Positions 18,266-27,923 are shown, counted from the stretch's first letter. The stretch: DNA of 64,000 nt from Euryarchaeota archaeon TMED192 (GCA_002170775.2 NHIP02000003.1:155029-219028); one strand, 5' to 3'. Notes: generated by a model not told the origin, from the letters alone. A program made the numbers and translations.

Positions 18266-19335
18266 GCGGTGATCACGATCATCACCCAAGTCCGCTTGGG
18301 CCCCATGATTGGAGTCATGGAGCTCCGCACAATTCCTATGCACCCATAGTAATGAGCATTGGAATAGGGCTGTTCCTGTTCGTATTCGCGGGAATGTTCG
18401 ATTACAATCTCGAGTTATCAGAGCATGAATACACTGGTCACGGTCTTCTCTGGCTATTCGTAGCCATAATCATAACCGGATTGGGCCTATTGATCTGGTG
18501 GAGGCAAGATCTTTCTTTCGATGGAACCTATGAGCCTCTTGCCACGGGTGCGCCATTCAGAAATATACAGATTCGAAAAGTCGGAATGTTTGTTTTCCTG
18601 ATGTCGGAGATGATGGTCTTCACCTCATTATTCAGCACCTACATGAGATATAGGCTAGGCCTCAGGAGATGTGACGACGTCTTCGCTGACGGTCTTTTTG
18701 ACCCCGTAACGAATCCCACAGGGTGGCAGGAAGCAGTCCCAGTTACTTGCTTTGAACCCGCCAGTCACCTAATAGCATCTAGTTGGTGGCATTTAGCGCC
18801 TGGTGCGATCAATACCTTTGCGCTCATCATCTCATCGTTCACGATAGTTCAGGCTCTCCGCTATGCGAAGAAGACGGATATCGATGAAGAGCTACGAAGG
18901 AAGAGGGTCACGATGTTTCTCGGAACGACCTGGGTGCTGGCAATAATATTCTTGACCTTGAAGATGGTCGAGTGGTTCGTTGGATTCTACATCCCGGATC
19001 TAGGATTCATACACGAGCACGACATCAAGTCCCTGGTTGCTGAGGGTTACACTATCGGGAATGATCACTATCAGCACCACAGCTACGTTGATGAGGCTAC
19101 TGGAGCCCATATGACTGCCAACATCAGAGTGTCTGCATCGACATTCTACGTTACCACTGGCACGCATGGGGCCCATGTAGCTGGCGGCATAATTGGCCTA
19201 ACATACATGACATTCAAGGCATGGAGAGGAGGGTACACCCCTTCGAACGCCGTGTCCATCGAGTACTTCGGACTCTATTGGCACTTCGTGGATCTGGTGT
19301 GGGTTCTGGTATTCCCCTTCTTCTACCTATATTGA
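18262..19335 (+). CDS. coxC: Heme-copper oxidase subunit III (enlarged)
   Basis: His-rich N-terminus, 7 hydrophobic helices and the C-terminal signature FGLYWHFVDLVWVLVFPFFYLY. The TTG start overlaps the coxA stop (TTGA). Confidence 0.8.
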   Translation: MSGDHDHHPSPLGPHDWSHGAPHNSYAPIVMSIGIGLFLFVFAGMFDYNLELSEHEYTGHGLLWLFVAIIITGLGLLIWWRQDLSFDGTYEPLATGAPFRNIQIRKVGMFVFLMSEMMVFTSLFSTYMRYRLGLRRCDDVFADGLFDPVTNPTGWQEAVPVTCFEPASHLIASSWWHLAPGAINTFALIISSFTIVQALRYAKKTDIDEELRRKRVTMFLGTTWVLAIIFLTLKMVEWFVGFYIPDLGFIHEHDIKSLVAEGYTIGNDHYQHHSYVDEATGAHMTANIRVSASTFYVTTGTHGAHVAGGIIGLTYMTFKAWRGGYTPSNAVSIEYFGLYWHFVDLVWVLVFPFFYLY

Positions 19336-19345
19336 GGCGATTAAT

Positions 19346-19708
19346 TTGGCAAATTACAAAATTCTTGGAAGAGACCCATACTGGATGAACTTCTACGGCC
19401 TTATGCTACTGACTGCGATAGAGGTCGGCGCTGTGGGTGCAAATCTCGAGTCTACCGCTGAAGCTTTAGGAATGACTGAGAATGGAATCACTCTCTGGAT
19501 CTTGACTATTATCGCTATTCCAAAATTCTTCATGATTGCGGGGATATTCATGCACCTCTATGGGGATCCGGACTCGGGGATTCTGACTATGACCGCCTTG
19601 TTTCCTGCATTTTTCATAATCATCATGATTCTGTTCATCGGCCTTACCCACCCAGATGCTTCGAGTGGTCTCCCTGCATGGTGCAGGCCGGGCGCATGGG
19701 GCCTCTAA
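19346..19708 (+). CDS. Putative oxidase subunit IV (small prokaryotic CoxD/CtaF-like membrane subunit)
   Basis: Small 3-TM protein directly after coxC. KFFMIAGIFMHL resembles the conserved FMHL segment of prokaryotic subunit IV. Start ambiguous (TTG 19346 or ATG 19385). Confidence 0.55.
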   Translation: MANYKILGRDPYWMNFYGLMLLTAIEVGAVGANLESTAEALGMTENGITLWILTIIAIPKFFMIAGIFMHLYGDPDSGILTMTALFPAFFIIIMILFIGLTHPDASSGLPAWCRPGAWGL

Positions 19709-19751
19709 CACCTGCAAGGTTCATTCGGCACTTACTACTGGCCGATACGCT

Positions 19752-19837
19752 GCAGACGTCGCATAGCCTGGTATTGCGCCGGATTTGAAATCCGGTGTCC
19801 CTTGGACTCGGGAGTTCGAATCTCTCCGTCTGCGCCA
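19752..19837 (+). tRNA. tRNA-Ser (anticodon UGA)
   Basis: Manual cloverleaf: acceptor GCAGACG/CGTCTGC, 3-bp D stem, anticodon arm CCGGA-TTTGAAA-TCCGG (TGA), long variable arm (GTCC-CTT-GGAC), T arm GGGAG-TTCGAAT-CTCTC, discriminator G, encoded CCA. Confidence 0.9.
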
Positions 19838-20869
19838 CTAATAATTCGGAAGTTCGTATCCGCCGCGGACATCTAATTGATCTTTATGAAACTCGAATTT
19901 TACTGGGGTGGTCATGGATATCTCACCGTCCAAACTGATGTATAGCGGTGGATTATGACCGTGTTCTTCAGTTGGTTTTCCTTGTGAGTCTAGTGCTTTT
20001 ATCTCGAATTTTTTACAGGGTTCCATGGTAATCTTGCCCCATCTTCCAATGTGATTCCCCTTCTCCAATGGGCCCATAACTCTGAGCATTTGACCCTTGG
20101 AAAGTCCGAAGCCGAGTACGATTGATGCGCTATCGCCAAATGGGTGCATTCCAGGTGCAACCCTGTATCCTCCTCCGAACGTCTCTGCTTGCATCATGGC
20201 GAAAAGACCCGTTAGATCTACTTCTGAACCTGGTTGGTCATCCACTTTGATCCATGCCATCTGACTCTTCCATGCGAGAATCGCCTTAATTCCAAGGAAC
20301 GTATACTTCTTCTGGCCACTGATCCATGAGAAATGGCCTTCATCTTTCATTCGATTGATTGATGATGTGACTCCCCCGTCACATTCCAGAAATGCCCATC
20401 TAACCAAGTTCTCTTCACGGGAGGGTTCTCCCGTGACGGGGTAATGCTGTGGAGGAGTTATCCCCGGATGTTCCGGGGCCTTGAGACCCTCGACCCTAAT
20501 CGCCCCAACAGAGTAGTCGTTCCCGTCCTTGAGAATGGATATGGCTCCTTGAACATCATTCGAAGGAATGCCTATTGCTCTCGCAAAGTCGTCCCCATTG
20601 CCCATTGGGATGATCCCAAGACGTTTCGATGAGTCTCTTATTCCGTTAGCAACCTCATGAACAGTCCCATCGCCGCCAACAGCTACTACCAATTCGAAGT
20701 CACTTTCTCTCAGGCTGCTGGCGATTTCGATTGCATGGCCGGTACCTTTGGTCATGTAGTTATTGTACTCTATTCCCGATAACTCTAGTGCCTTTTCGAT
20801 CTTATGGAAATTCTTCCCCAGCTTACCGTCCCTGGCATTAGGATTCACTATGCATGCGACCCGCATCAT
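19838..20869 (-). CDS. Diacylglycerol-kinase-family lipid kinase (YegS/BmrU-like)
   Basis: N-terminal DAGK catalytic domain: ACIVNPNARDGK, ELVVAVGGDGTVHEVANG, GIIPMGNGDDFARAIG. A beta-sandwich accessory domain follows. Confidence 0.8.
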   Translation of the reverse strand: MMRVACIVNPNARDGKLGKNFHKIEKALELSGIEYNNYMTKGTGHAIEIASSLRESDFELVVAVGGDGTVHEVANGIRDSSKRLGIIPMGNGDDFARAIGIPSNDVQGAISILKDGNDYSVGAIRVEGLKAPEHPGITPPQHYPVTGEPSREENLVRWAFLECDGGVTSSINRMKDEGHFSWISGQKKYTFLGIKAILAWKSQMAWIKVDDQPGSEVDLTGLFAMMQAETFGGGYRVAPGMHPFGDSASIVLGFGLSKGQMLRVMGPLEKGNHIGRWGKITMEPCKKFEIKALDSQGKPTEEHGHNPPLYISLDGEISMTTPVKFEFHKDQLDVRGGYELPNY

Positions 20870-20943
20870 GCTGCCGACGTGGGGGTGAAGACTTCAAGGG
20901 CGCGATGCGAGATATGATGTGGAAGACATGGAGACGAGGGGGC

Positions 20944-22017
20944 ATGGATGCAGCTGATTGCATGCGGAGAGCGATAGAAATCGCTTATCGCGGCAAGGGC
21001 AGCGTACATCCTAACCCATTAGTCGGGTGCGTTCTTGTCAGAGATGGCGAGATCATAGCAGAAGGCCGGCATGGCCACCTTGGTGGTCTTCATGCTGAGC
21101 AAGCTGCCATTGCTGACGCAGAGGAGAGGGGGGTTTCGACAAGTGGCTGTACTGCATATGTTACACTAGAACCTTGTAACCACCATGGAAGAACCCCGCC
21201 CTGTACTGAAGCGCTCCTTTGGGCTGGAGTCGAGAAGGTGGTGATAGGGACCCTGGATCCGAATCCAACAGTTAGGGGGGGCGGGATGAAAGCCCTGAAA
21301 GAACAGGGAATATATGTTGAATCCGGACTGATGGAGGAAGACTGTGTACTTCAGATGCGTCCATTCATGCACTGGTGTATGGAAAGGAAGCCGCTTGTTC
21401 TATTGAAAGCGGCAGTGGACCTCGATGGCAGGGTCGATGTGGATGATTCCTCACCTTCTGAACGATTTACTTCTGAATCCTCGTTGAAGTGGGCTCACAA
21501 AGTAAGGTCCGAACACATGGCCATACTAGTCGGAGTTGAGACAATAGTTCGAGATGATCCAGAATTGACAGCAAGAGAGGTCGATGCAAGAATTCAGCCA
21601 ATTAGGGTTGTTATAGATCCGAATGCGAGAATTCCTAAAAATAGCAAGGTGCTTTGTGATGGTTTGGCGCCTACAATTCTTATTCATTCAAAACCTGTAT
21701 TATCCAAGGATAAGCCACACGTTACAAGATACGTGTTGCCTTCTGAAGATTGTGAAATCCCAGCTGATAAGATTCTGGATTTATTAGGCGATCTTCGAAT
21801 TCAATCATTGATAGTAGAAGGAGGCCCATTTACTTGGAAGAGGTTCTTGAAGGCAGGGGTTGTTGACGATGCTGTTCTAATTCGCAGTCAAGTCAACCTC
21901 TCAAGTGGGGAGTCGGGTGCTTTCGGGGAGTCGGATCTTCGTGAAGCTGGCATGCAACAGATTTCACAAGAAGACTTTGGGGGAGACGTCATGACTGTGT
22001 GGAGTCGTCGTCGTTAA
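20944..22017 (+). CDS. ribD: Bifunctional riboflavin biosynthesis protein RibD (pyrimidine deaminase + reductase)
   Basis: CMP/dCMP deaminase zinc motifs (GGLHAEQAAI, TLEPCNHHGRTPPC) and a C-terminal RibD_C reductase half (VDLDGRV..., LIVEGGPFTWKRFL). Start taken at Met 20944 (MDAADCMRRAIE); the ORF opens at 20854. Confidence 0.85.
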   Translation: MDAADCMRRAIEIAYRGKGSVHPNPLVGCVLVRDGEIIAEGRHGHLGGLHAEQAAIADAEERGVSTSGCTAYVTLEPCNHHGRTPPCTEALLWAGVEKVVIGTLDPNPTVRGGGMKALKEQGIYVESGLMEEDCVLQMRPFMHWCMERKPLVLLKAAVDLDGRVDVDDSSPSERFTSESSLKWAHKVRSEHMAILVGVETIVRDDPELTAREVDARIQPIRVVIDPNARIPKNSKVLCDGLAPTILIHSKPVLSKDKPHVTRYVLPSEDCEIPADKILDLLGDLRIQSLIVEGGPFTWKRFLKAGVVDDAVLIRSQVNLSSGESGAFGESDLREAGMQQISQEDFGGDVMTVWSRRR

Positions 22018-24454
22018 CAATTTCAGCCTGGAATTCGCCTTCTTCTCTGCGTGTCCACAAGAATACGCCAACAGCGATCGCTGAAAGAAGAATTGCGGAT
22101 AGCGCCATTATGAATAAGAAGGATATGCTTGACTTTGTAAGGAATGTTGTCTCTTCCTTGAAAGCCGGTATGACACTCTCATCGTAAACAGGACGGGTCA
22201 TGATCAAATCGAATGCTGACGATGGATCATACAGATCAGATGGTTGAGCAGGATCAAGATCTGAATAGCCATCAGTTCTTATGGGAACTTCTACGATCAC
22301 TTCAGAGCTCACATCGATAGTGAGCAGTACATCGACCGTATAGGGGACCCTGGGTTCCAAAAATTCAGACCCGGATAATATCGAATTGAAGGGTAGAGAA
22401 ACTGCAGTCCCAGTGACGTCAAACTCAGCCCATTTGCTCCAGTGTTCGGTATCAACATCGAGTTGGATGAAGATTGTGTCTCCGACTGCTGTTCCTTGGC
22501 CTTGCGCATCGTCATTTCCATCTGATCCAAGATCTACGTTAGGTCTAATTTGTGCTGCTTGGGCTGTATTGGTGTCCCAACCTAAGGAACTGAATGATAT
22601 CTGCATCTCAAAGGTTCCGTTTGGGACCCATACGTAGTGTCGATCGTCAGTGGAGAATGTGCCGAATGTACTGGTGGGACCGTTGTTAAAGTGGCTCCAC
22701 TCACCTTTCCACGCATGTCTGAGTTGATCTGTCTTCAGAGGTATGTTTCGGATGTCCATTACATCCTCATAATGATCCAACGCATCCCATACGGTGGCAC
22801 CTGGGTGATCGACGAAGCCATCCTCGTCGGGGTCCCTCATGACTTGGAGCGTTCTCGCAAGAGCGAGTGCCTTGTCCGTGTCTACGAGACCGTGGCCTAC
22901 TCTCCAATCATGACATCTTCCAGTGTTCTCAGAAACATGGCAATCCTCCGGGATGTTACTGCATGCATCGTCGTCATTTCCTTCTTCACACGAGTTTCGG
23001 AGTAAATCATAGTTTGATGTCAGTTCGAGGATGAGTTCGACTTCGTGGACTCTCGACTCATTTCTTTCTCTCCAGTTCTCAAATTGAATGCCCTTTGCTG
23101 TGCCATTGAAATAGAGGCTTTCCCCCTCGTCATGATCCTCAATCTGATAGTCAGCAGCCCCCAAAGATGGTGCCGCTGCAAGTAACAATGTGGCTATACC
23201 TCCGATGTGCGGTGTCGCCATGCTCGTTCCTGAAATCGACATGTAGTACATGTCTCCCTGGGCAGTTGTCGAAGCATCGATAGCGGTGCCTCTGGGAGAT
23301 GTGGCCCAGATGTCTCGGCCTGGGGCCCCCAAATCAGGCCACGTATGCTGCTGTGTTGACCAACCACGACTCGAGAATGAGGTTACTGCGGATCCGTCAT
23401 GAGTGAGTGCGGCGATAGAAATGGCACTCGGCGTGTTTGCGTAGACATTGGTCCTAAGGTCATCTTCCGACTCTTCGCCGTTGCCGCCTGAGTTTGAAGC
23501 AGCAAAAATTACTGCAACGTCATTATCATAGGTTAGCATGTCAGTGAGTAGTGTAACTGTATTGCTAGGATTGTAGTCCCCATTGGTGCCCCACGAGTTG
23601 GATACGACACGGATATTGTATTCATTCAATCCTGGCCTACTGTGCTGATAGGTCCATTCCAACCCCTCCACTGCTGCAAAGATAGATGCTCCATCACCTG
23701 TGCCAAGTGCGACTATCGTTGCTCCCTTGGCAGTGCCCAATCTTCTTCCTGCTGAGGCGTCTCCGTTTCCGGCAATCGTTCCACCCACGTGCGTTCCGTG
23801 GCCCGATGAAGTATCTGAGTTACAATTGGGAGCATCGACCCACGCTACGCCAGTCCATTTTGCCGACCAGATCAGCTTCTCTCCAGACCATGGTTCGCCA
23901 CAGTCGAAATCTGGATGCTCGCCGTCTATTCCTGTATCCAGGTCGACCGCCGTTGCTCCCTCACCATCATATTCAGTGAATGACAAGTCTGGTTCAGTCT
24001 TTACAATTCCATCAGTCCCGATAATCGCCCTATGCCAAGTAAGGCTAGCATTGACCACATTGACTGTCTCATGCATCATAGACTCGACATTATTCTGATC
24101 ACCGGGCAAGAAAAAGTGCTCGAGGAGAAGGTTTGCTTCCATGTGTTTGACGAAGCTGAATCTGGATATCTTGGCAATAGAGTCAGAGGTTCCAGATATC
24201 AAGCCGCCATCTAGAACCTCCATTTCACCGATTAATTCTGCTCCGGTTGATTCAATTGCCCCCCATAGGTCATTTTCAGCATCCTTATCAAATTGGATAA
24301 TTGCCTCAATTCTATCTAGATTGGAAAGTTCATCAATGAGTTCTGATGTCATCTTTGAGTGATCAGGAGCCGTTGGATCGGCGGTAACAGTGAAAGAGAT
24401 TGATGTGCCAAGCATTAACGCGACCAGCAATAATGACACCCGGCGCATGGTCAC
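21989..24454 (-). CDS. Membrane-anchored subtilisin-like serine protease (peptidase S8)
   Basis: Signal peptide, catalytic triad motifs DTGIDGEHPDF / HGTHVGGTIAGNGD / SGTSMATPHIGGIATLL, a large C-terminal extension, then a TM helix and short acidic tail. Confidence 0.9.
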   Translation of the reverse strand: MTMRRVSLLLVALMLGTSISFTVTADPTAPDHSKMTSELIDELSNLDRIEAIIQFDKDAENDLWGAIESTGAELIGEMEVLDGGLISGTSDSIAKISRFSFVKHMEANLLLEHFFLPGDQNNVESMMHETVNVVNASLTWHRAIIGTDGIVKTEPDLSFTEYDGEGATAVDLDTGIDGEHPDFDCGEPWSGEKLIWSAKWTGVAWVDAPNCNSDTSSGHGTHVGGTIAGNGDASAGRRLGTAKGATIVALGTGDGASIFAAVEGLEWTYQHSRPGLNEYNIRVVSNSWGTNGDYNPSNTVTLLTDMLTYDNDVAVIFAASNSGGNGEESEDDLRTNVYANTPSAISIAALTHDGSAVTSFSSRGWSTQQHTWPDLGAPGRDIWATSPRGTAIDASTTAQGDMYYMSISGTSMATPHIGGIATLLLAAAPSLGAADYQIEDHDEGESLYFNGTAKGIQFENWRERNESRVHEVELILELTSNYDLLRNSCEEGNDDDACSNIPEDCHVSENTGRCHDWRVGHGLVDTDKALALARTLQVMRDPDEDGFVDHPGATVWDALDHYEDVMDIRNIPLKTDQLRHAWKGEWSHFNNGPTSTFGTFSTDDRHYVWVPNGTFEMQISFSSLGWDTNTAQAAQIRPNVDLGSDGNDDAQGQGTAVGDTIFIQLDVDTEHWSKWAEFDVTGTAVSLPFNSILSGSEFLEPRVPYTVDVLLTIDVSSEVIVEVPIRTDGYSDLDPAQPSDLYDPSSAFDLIMTRPVYDESVIPAFKEETTFLTKSSISFLFIMALSAILLSAIAVGVFLWTRREEGEFQAEIVNDDDSTQS

Positions 24455-24518
24455 TGGTCGAGTTCGTCTTTCTTCAAGACTCCTGAATTTCGTTCAGATG
24501 CCGACTACAGTCGGTTAA

Positions 24519-24595
24519 TGGTGGGCGATACAGGATTCGAACCCGTGTCCTAGCGTCCGAAGCGCCAGATGATATCCAGACTACACCAATCGCCC
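24519..24595 (-). tRNA. tRNA-Arg (anticodon UCG)
   Basis: Manual cloverleaf on the reverse strand: acceptor GGGCGAT/ATCGCCC, D loop AGTCTGGATA, anticodon arm TGGCG-CTTCGGA-CGCTA (TCG, G37), 4-nt variable loop, T arm ACGGG-TTCGAAT-CCTGT, discriminator A, encoded CCA. Confidence 0.85.
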
Positions 24596-24649
24596 ATCCG
24601 TTGCCGACAGTCTCCCCGTCTTCAATGCGACGGGTGGTCGATAACAGGT

Positions 24650-24675
24650 AAACAGGTCATTGAAGGCCTGTTTTT
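24650..24675. terminator. Stem-loop plus T-run between methyltransferase gene and tRNA-Arg
   Basis: AAACAGGTC-ATTGAA-GGCCTGTTT forms a 9-bp stem (one G-U), followed by TT on the + strand. It lies 40 nt past the stop of the minus-strand gene 24716..25840 and 55 nt before tRNA-Arg. The functional strand is ambiguous. Confidence 0.3.
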
Positions 24676-24715
24676 CGAGTATATCGGACTATATTCAATC
24701 TCTTTGGTTGGTCCA

Positions 24716-25840
24716 CTATTTTTGGGCTCCCTGGCCGACTGCTCTGACTATTATTCTTGACAGGCTCCTGTGCACCCTAGTCATGGTTGCCAATTCGATT
24801 TGCCATCCGATTTGTTCCATTTCATCTATCAAATCGCTCCATTTTCTCCCCAACACTTCTGCAGCATCAGGTATTTCGAGATCGTCGAATCGATATTCTG
24901 AGGAGGTCGGTAATATCGTGACTATGCGTCCTTCTGGGTCTATCTTTGAAGCAGCATTACATGCTGATATGAATACCTCGAAGGCGTCTGAAGATGTTTT
25001 GGAATTCCGGGCATAAGGAGGGTCGAAGATGAAAGCTGCATTTTCTCTCGCGCCCCAGAGATCACTTATCTTACTGGCATCAGATCTATGAAAAGCCGAT
25101 TCAGGAGGTATCTTTCCAAATACATTCTCGAAATTCAATTTGGAGCCTCTGACCATCTCTGGATCTAAATCACTGGCTAAAACAGGTATTCCGCGATGAT
25201 GTGCCTGAATAGGAATGCATCCAGTTCCGCTGAATGGGTCGATTACGATAGAGGGCGGTACACCTTCCGAGTAGGACATGGAGATTAGGAGGCTTGCAAG
25301 ACGCGGGTCAAGGGTCACGGGTTTGAAGAAGGGCATGGATGTCATCGGCCGGTTCAAGAAGGGGTGATGAATTGGATTTTCAATGCCGATTACTGCGATG
25401 GGTTCTGAAATCATGGGATCTGGATGTTGGGGCTGATCTGCTGCACCTGCGAGGATGAGACGTACTGTAAGTTCAGGATCATTGAGATCGACGATGGCTC
25501 CCCTATCGGAGATTTCTTTGCCAATGATACTCTCGATATTCCGTCTCTTGAATCCCAGAACACCATCACCGAGAATGGTGGTTCTAACGGCAAATGTGTC
25601 GTTTATTGGATAATCAGATAGCCATTGGCGTATTGATTCGGGTATCTCCTCCACCCGCATTGGGAGGATAGTGGCGTTATCTAGAGTCATGGTAGAATGA
25701 GAGCATGTGACCTCGAAGTTATTTTGTTGGTCTGTGATTACGATTCTCGGATGTATTGCCTGATCTGAGCCGTGTATTCTGAGTACCTCCTCTCTGAATA
25801 GTCGTGGATGCCATCCGGACCCGACTATCATCCTGACCAT
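24716..25840 (-). CDS. THUMP-like/class I SAM-dependent tRNA guanine-N2 methyltransferase (Trm11/Trm14-like)
   Basis: The C-terminal catalytic domain has IDPFSGTGCIPIQA (motif I), LASDLDPEMV and FIFDPPYARN (DPPY motif IV). The ~170-aa N-terminal region is of THUMP-like size. Confidence 0.7.
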   Translation of the reverse strand: MVRMIVGSGWHPRLFREEVLRIHGSDQAIHPRIVITDQQNNFEVTCSHSTMTLDNATILPMRVEEIPESIRQWLSDYPINDTFAVRTTILGDGVLGFKRRNIESIIGKEISDRGAIVDLNDPELTVRLILAGAADQPQHPDPMISEPIAVIGIENPIHHPFLNRPMTSMPFFKPVTLDPRLASLLISMSYSEGVPPSIVIDPFSGTGCIPIQAHHRGIPVLASDLDPEMVRGSKLNFENVFGKIPPESAFHRSDASKISDLWGARENAAFIFDPPYARNSKTSSDAFEVFISACNAASKIDPEGRIVTILPTSSEYRFDDLEIPDAAEVLGRKWSDLIDEMEQIGWQIELATMTRVHRSLSRIIVRAVGQGAQK

Positions 25841-25909
25841 GGTGTGCGCTGGTGGAACAGTCCTTCAACCCTAAAGCCCTGAATCGACTGGCGGAGGATG
25901 GTCGTAACC

Positions 25910-26917
25910 ATGGGATGCAACCTCAGAGACTTGGTATCGGCGCATCCCATTGATCTCTCAGAGTTGCGAGGGCAGCGAGTTGCAGTGGATGTTTTCTTGA
26001 ATGCGTATCAATTCATAACCAGCCTTACTGGTCCAGATGGGAGGCCTCTTTCTCACGAGGGTCGTGTGACTGCGCATCTGTATGGTTTTCTCGATCGGGC
26101 CTCATCGCTTGTAGCACATGGGATAGATCCTGTTTTTGTCTTCGATGGCAAGCCACCTGATTTGAAGCGTGAAACGCTTGATGAGCGTAGAAGCAGGAAG
26201 CAGGAGGCCAGGCGGCGGTGGGAGGCGGCGGTTGAAGCGGAGGATCTTGACTCTGCGAAGAAGTTGGGACCGCAAATTGCAGAGTATACCCCATCAATGG
26301 TTCAAGACACGAAGCGTCTGTTTGACTTGATGGGGGTCGTTTGGATTGACGCGCCCATGGAGGCTGAGGGTGCTGCAGCGATGATTTGCAAACGTGGAGG
26401 GGTTTCGGCTGTCGCGAGCCAGGATTGGGATACTCTACTCTATGGGGCTCCGGTTATGATTAGGAATCTGACCGCACATGGGACAAGGAGATTTGGAAGG
26501 GTTCTGAAGGCAGAACGCATAGAGCTTGAAGAGACTTTGTTTAATCTTGAAATCTCAAGGGAACAATTTGTTGACCTTGGAATAATGATTGGGACTGATT
26601 TCCATCCGGGTTTCAAGGGGGTCGGCCCGAAAACAGGTGTCAAATTAATTCGAAAATTCGGAACTCTAGAGGAAGTGGCTGGGCATCGGGGGGTGGAAGT
26701 ACCTGGAAATATCGAGGATATTCGTAATCTTTTCCACAATCATCCAACTGTAGAGGAAGATCCCCCGGCATACACCTCCGGGCACGAAGAGGGGATCATG
26801 GGGATGCTCAGGGATGAGCTTGGTTTTGGTGAAAATCGGATCACGAAGGCAATAGAGAGACTCTCATCTTCTAATCGACTTCGGTCTTCCAGTAAACCTA
26901 CTCTTTTCGACTTCTGA
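25910..26917 (+). CDS. fen: Flap endonuclease 1
   Basis: MGCNLRDLV...LRGQRVAVDVFLNAYQF (XPG-N), VFVFDGKPPDLK, APMEAEGAAA, SQDWDTLLYGAP (XPG-I), GTDFHPG.KGVGPKTGVKLI (H3TH) and a C-terminal PIP-like LFDF. The ORF opens 4 codons earlier at 25898. Confidence 0.9.
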   Translation: MGCNLRDLVSAHPIDLSELRGQRVAVDVFLNAYQFITSLTGPDGRPLSHEGRVTAHLYGFLDRASSLVAHGIDPVFVFDGKPPDLKRETLDERRSRKQEARRRWEAAVEAEDLDSAKKLGPQIAEYTPSMVQDTKRLFDLMGVVWIDAPMEAEGAAAMICKRGGVSAVASQDWDTLLYGAPVMIRNLTAHGTRRFGRVLKAERIELEETLFNLEISREQFVDLGIMIGTDFHPGFKGVGPKTGVKLIRKFGTLEEVAGHRGVEVPGNIEDIRNLFHNHPTVEEDPPAYTSGHEEGIMGMLRDELGFGENRITKAIERLSSSNRLRSSSKPTLFDF

Positions 26918-27835
26918 GTGTTTAAGATGGTCAGAAAGGTGAGTTTGGAGGGATATGACCGTAGTCTGATATCTCGCGTGCTTATCGTATTCGTGCTCAT
27001 TTTCTCGATTTTATTTTACATCTTAAATTATGCTAAAGGCGGTCCGTTAAACATAGAAAATCTTCATGGGAATGGAGGCATAGATACTTGGTTGAGAGTT
27101 GTTTTCCGTCTTTCTTGTGCATACCTAGCCATCCACACTGCCTTGTTCTGGATGGTTCTGAATCCAGTTCCTGGGATCATGGTCGTTCTCTTCAGAGATA
27201 GCCTAGAAGTCAGAGAGTATCCTTCAAAGGGTTTTGAGAAGTTGGGGACATTTAGCTCGTGGACATTGATTCTGTTCGGGGCGTCTATGCTGGTGAATGG
27301 TCTGATATCCATCGGAGTTGGAGTGGGCGCTGAGGTTCCATCTTGGTTGGTTATGAGCGGCGTATCGATATTCGCAACTGGATTCAGTTCTGCCGCATTG
27401 ACCGCTATCATTGTTCGTCATGTGATAATTCCGTCCATGGTTGATAACGGAGAGAATCTTGATCGTATGTTCAAACCACATGAGCATGTGATGCATAATT
27501 TGGCCCTTGTACTACTTTCAATTGATCTATTATTGGGCGGCATGGTAGTTCTTTGGACATTGATGAGTCTGAGTCTCATAGTCGGAGCCTTGTACCTTAT
27601 TTTTGCCGAATTCTGGGCAATCAAAGGAGCAGGTTACTATGTCTATGAATTCATAGATCCCCGACCTAGATTTGCTCCCTTATTCTTGCTGGGCTTGTTG
27701 GGGGTATGCCTTATCTCATTCTGCATTGGCCTTGCTATATCTGAAATTAAGGAAGATTATCCGATATTGGCTACGTTAGCAATTGTTCTTTTCTTGTCAT
27801 TCTCAGTGCGTTTTCGTGCCCCTTCGGCCAGATAA
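26918..27835 (+). CDS. Hypothetical polytopic membrane protein
   Basis: About 7-8 hydrophobic helices. GTG at 26918 or ATG at 26927. No confident family. Confidence 0.55.
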   Translation: MFKMVRKVSLEGYDRSLISRVLIVFVLIFSILFYILNYAKGGPLNIENLHGNGGIDTWLRVVFRLSCAYLAIHTALFWMVLNPVPGIMVVLFRDSLEVREYPSKGFEKLGTFSSWTLILFGASMLVNGLISIGVGVGAEVPSWLVMSGVSIFATGFSSAALTAIIVRHVIIPSMVDNGENLDRMFKPHEHVMHNLALVLLSIDLLLGGMVVLWTLMSLSLIVGALYLIFAEFWAIKGAGYYVYEFIDPRPRFAPLFLLGLLGVCLISFCIGLAISEIKEDYPILATLAIVLFLSFSVRFRAPSAR

Positions 27836-27923
27836 GATTGAAAGTTATCGAGGGGTTTTCTACGGAATCTTCAGGAAGGGTGACCAAAGGCTTGCTTAAG
27901 CGAACCTATTGGCAGTGAAGGCT

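Noticed and set aside
19752-24595. tRNA-Ser to tRNA-Arg interval as an integrated genomic island
   Set aside because: There is no integrase, no direct repeat of a tRNA 3' end, and no mobile-element genes. The content (lipid kinase, RibD, subtilase) looks chromosomal.
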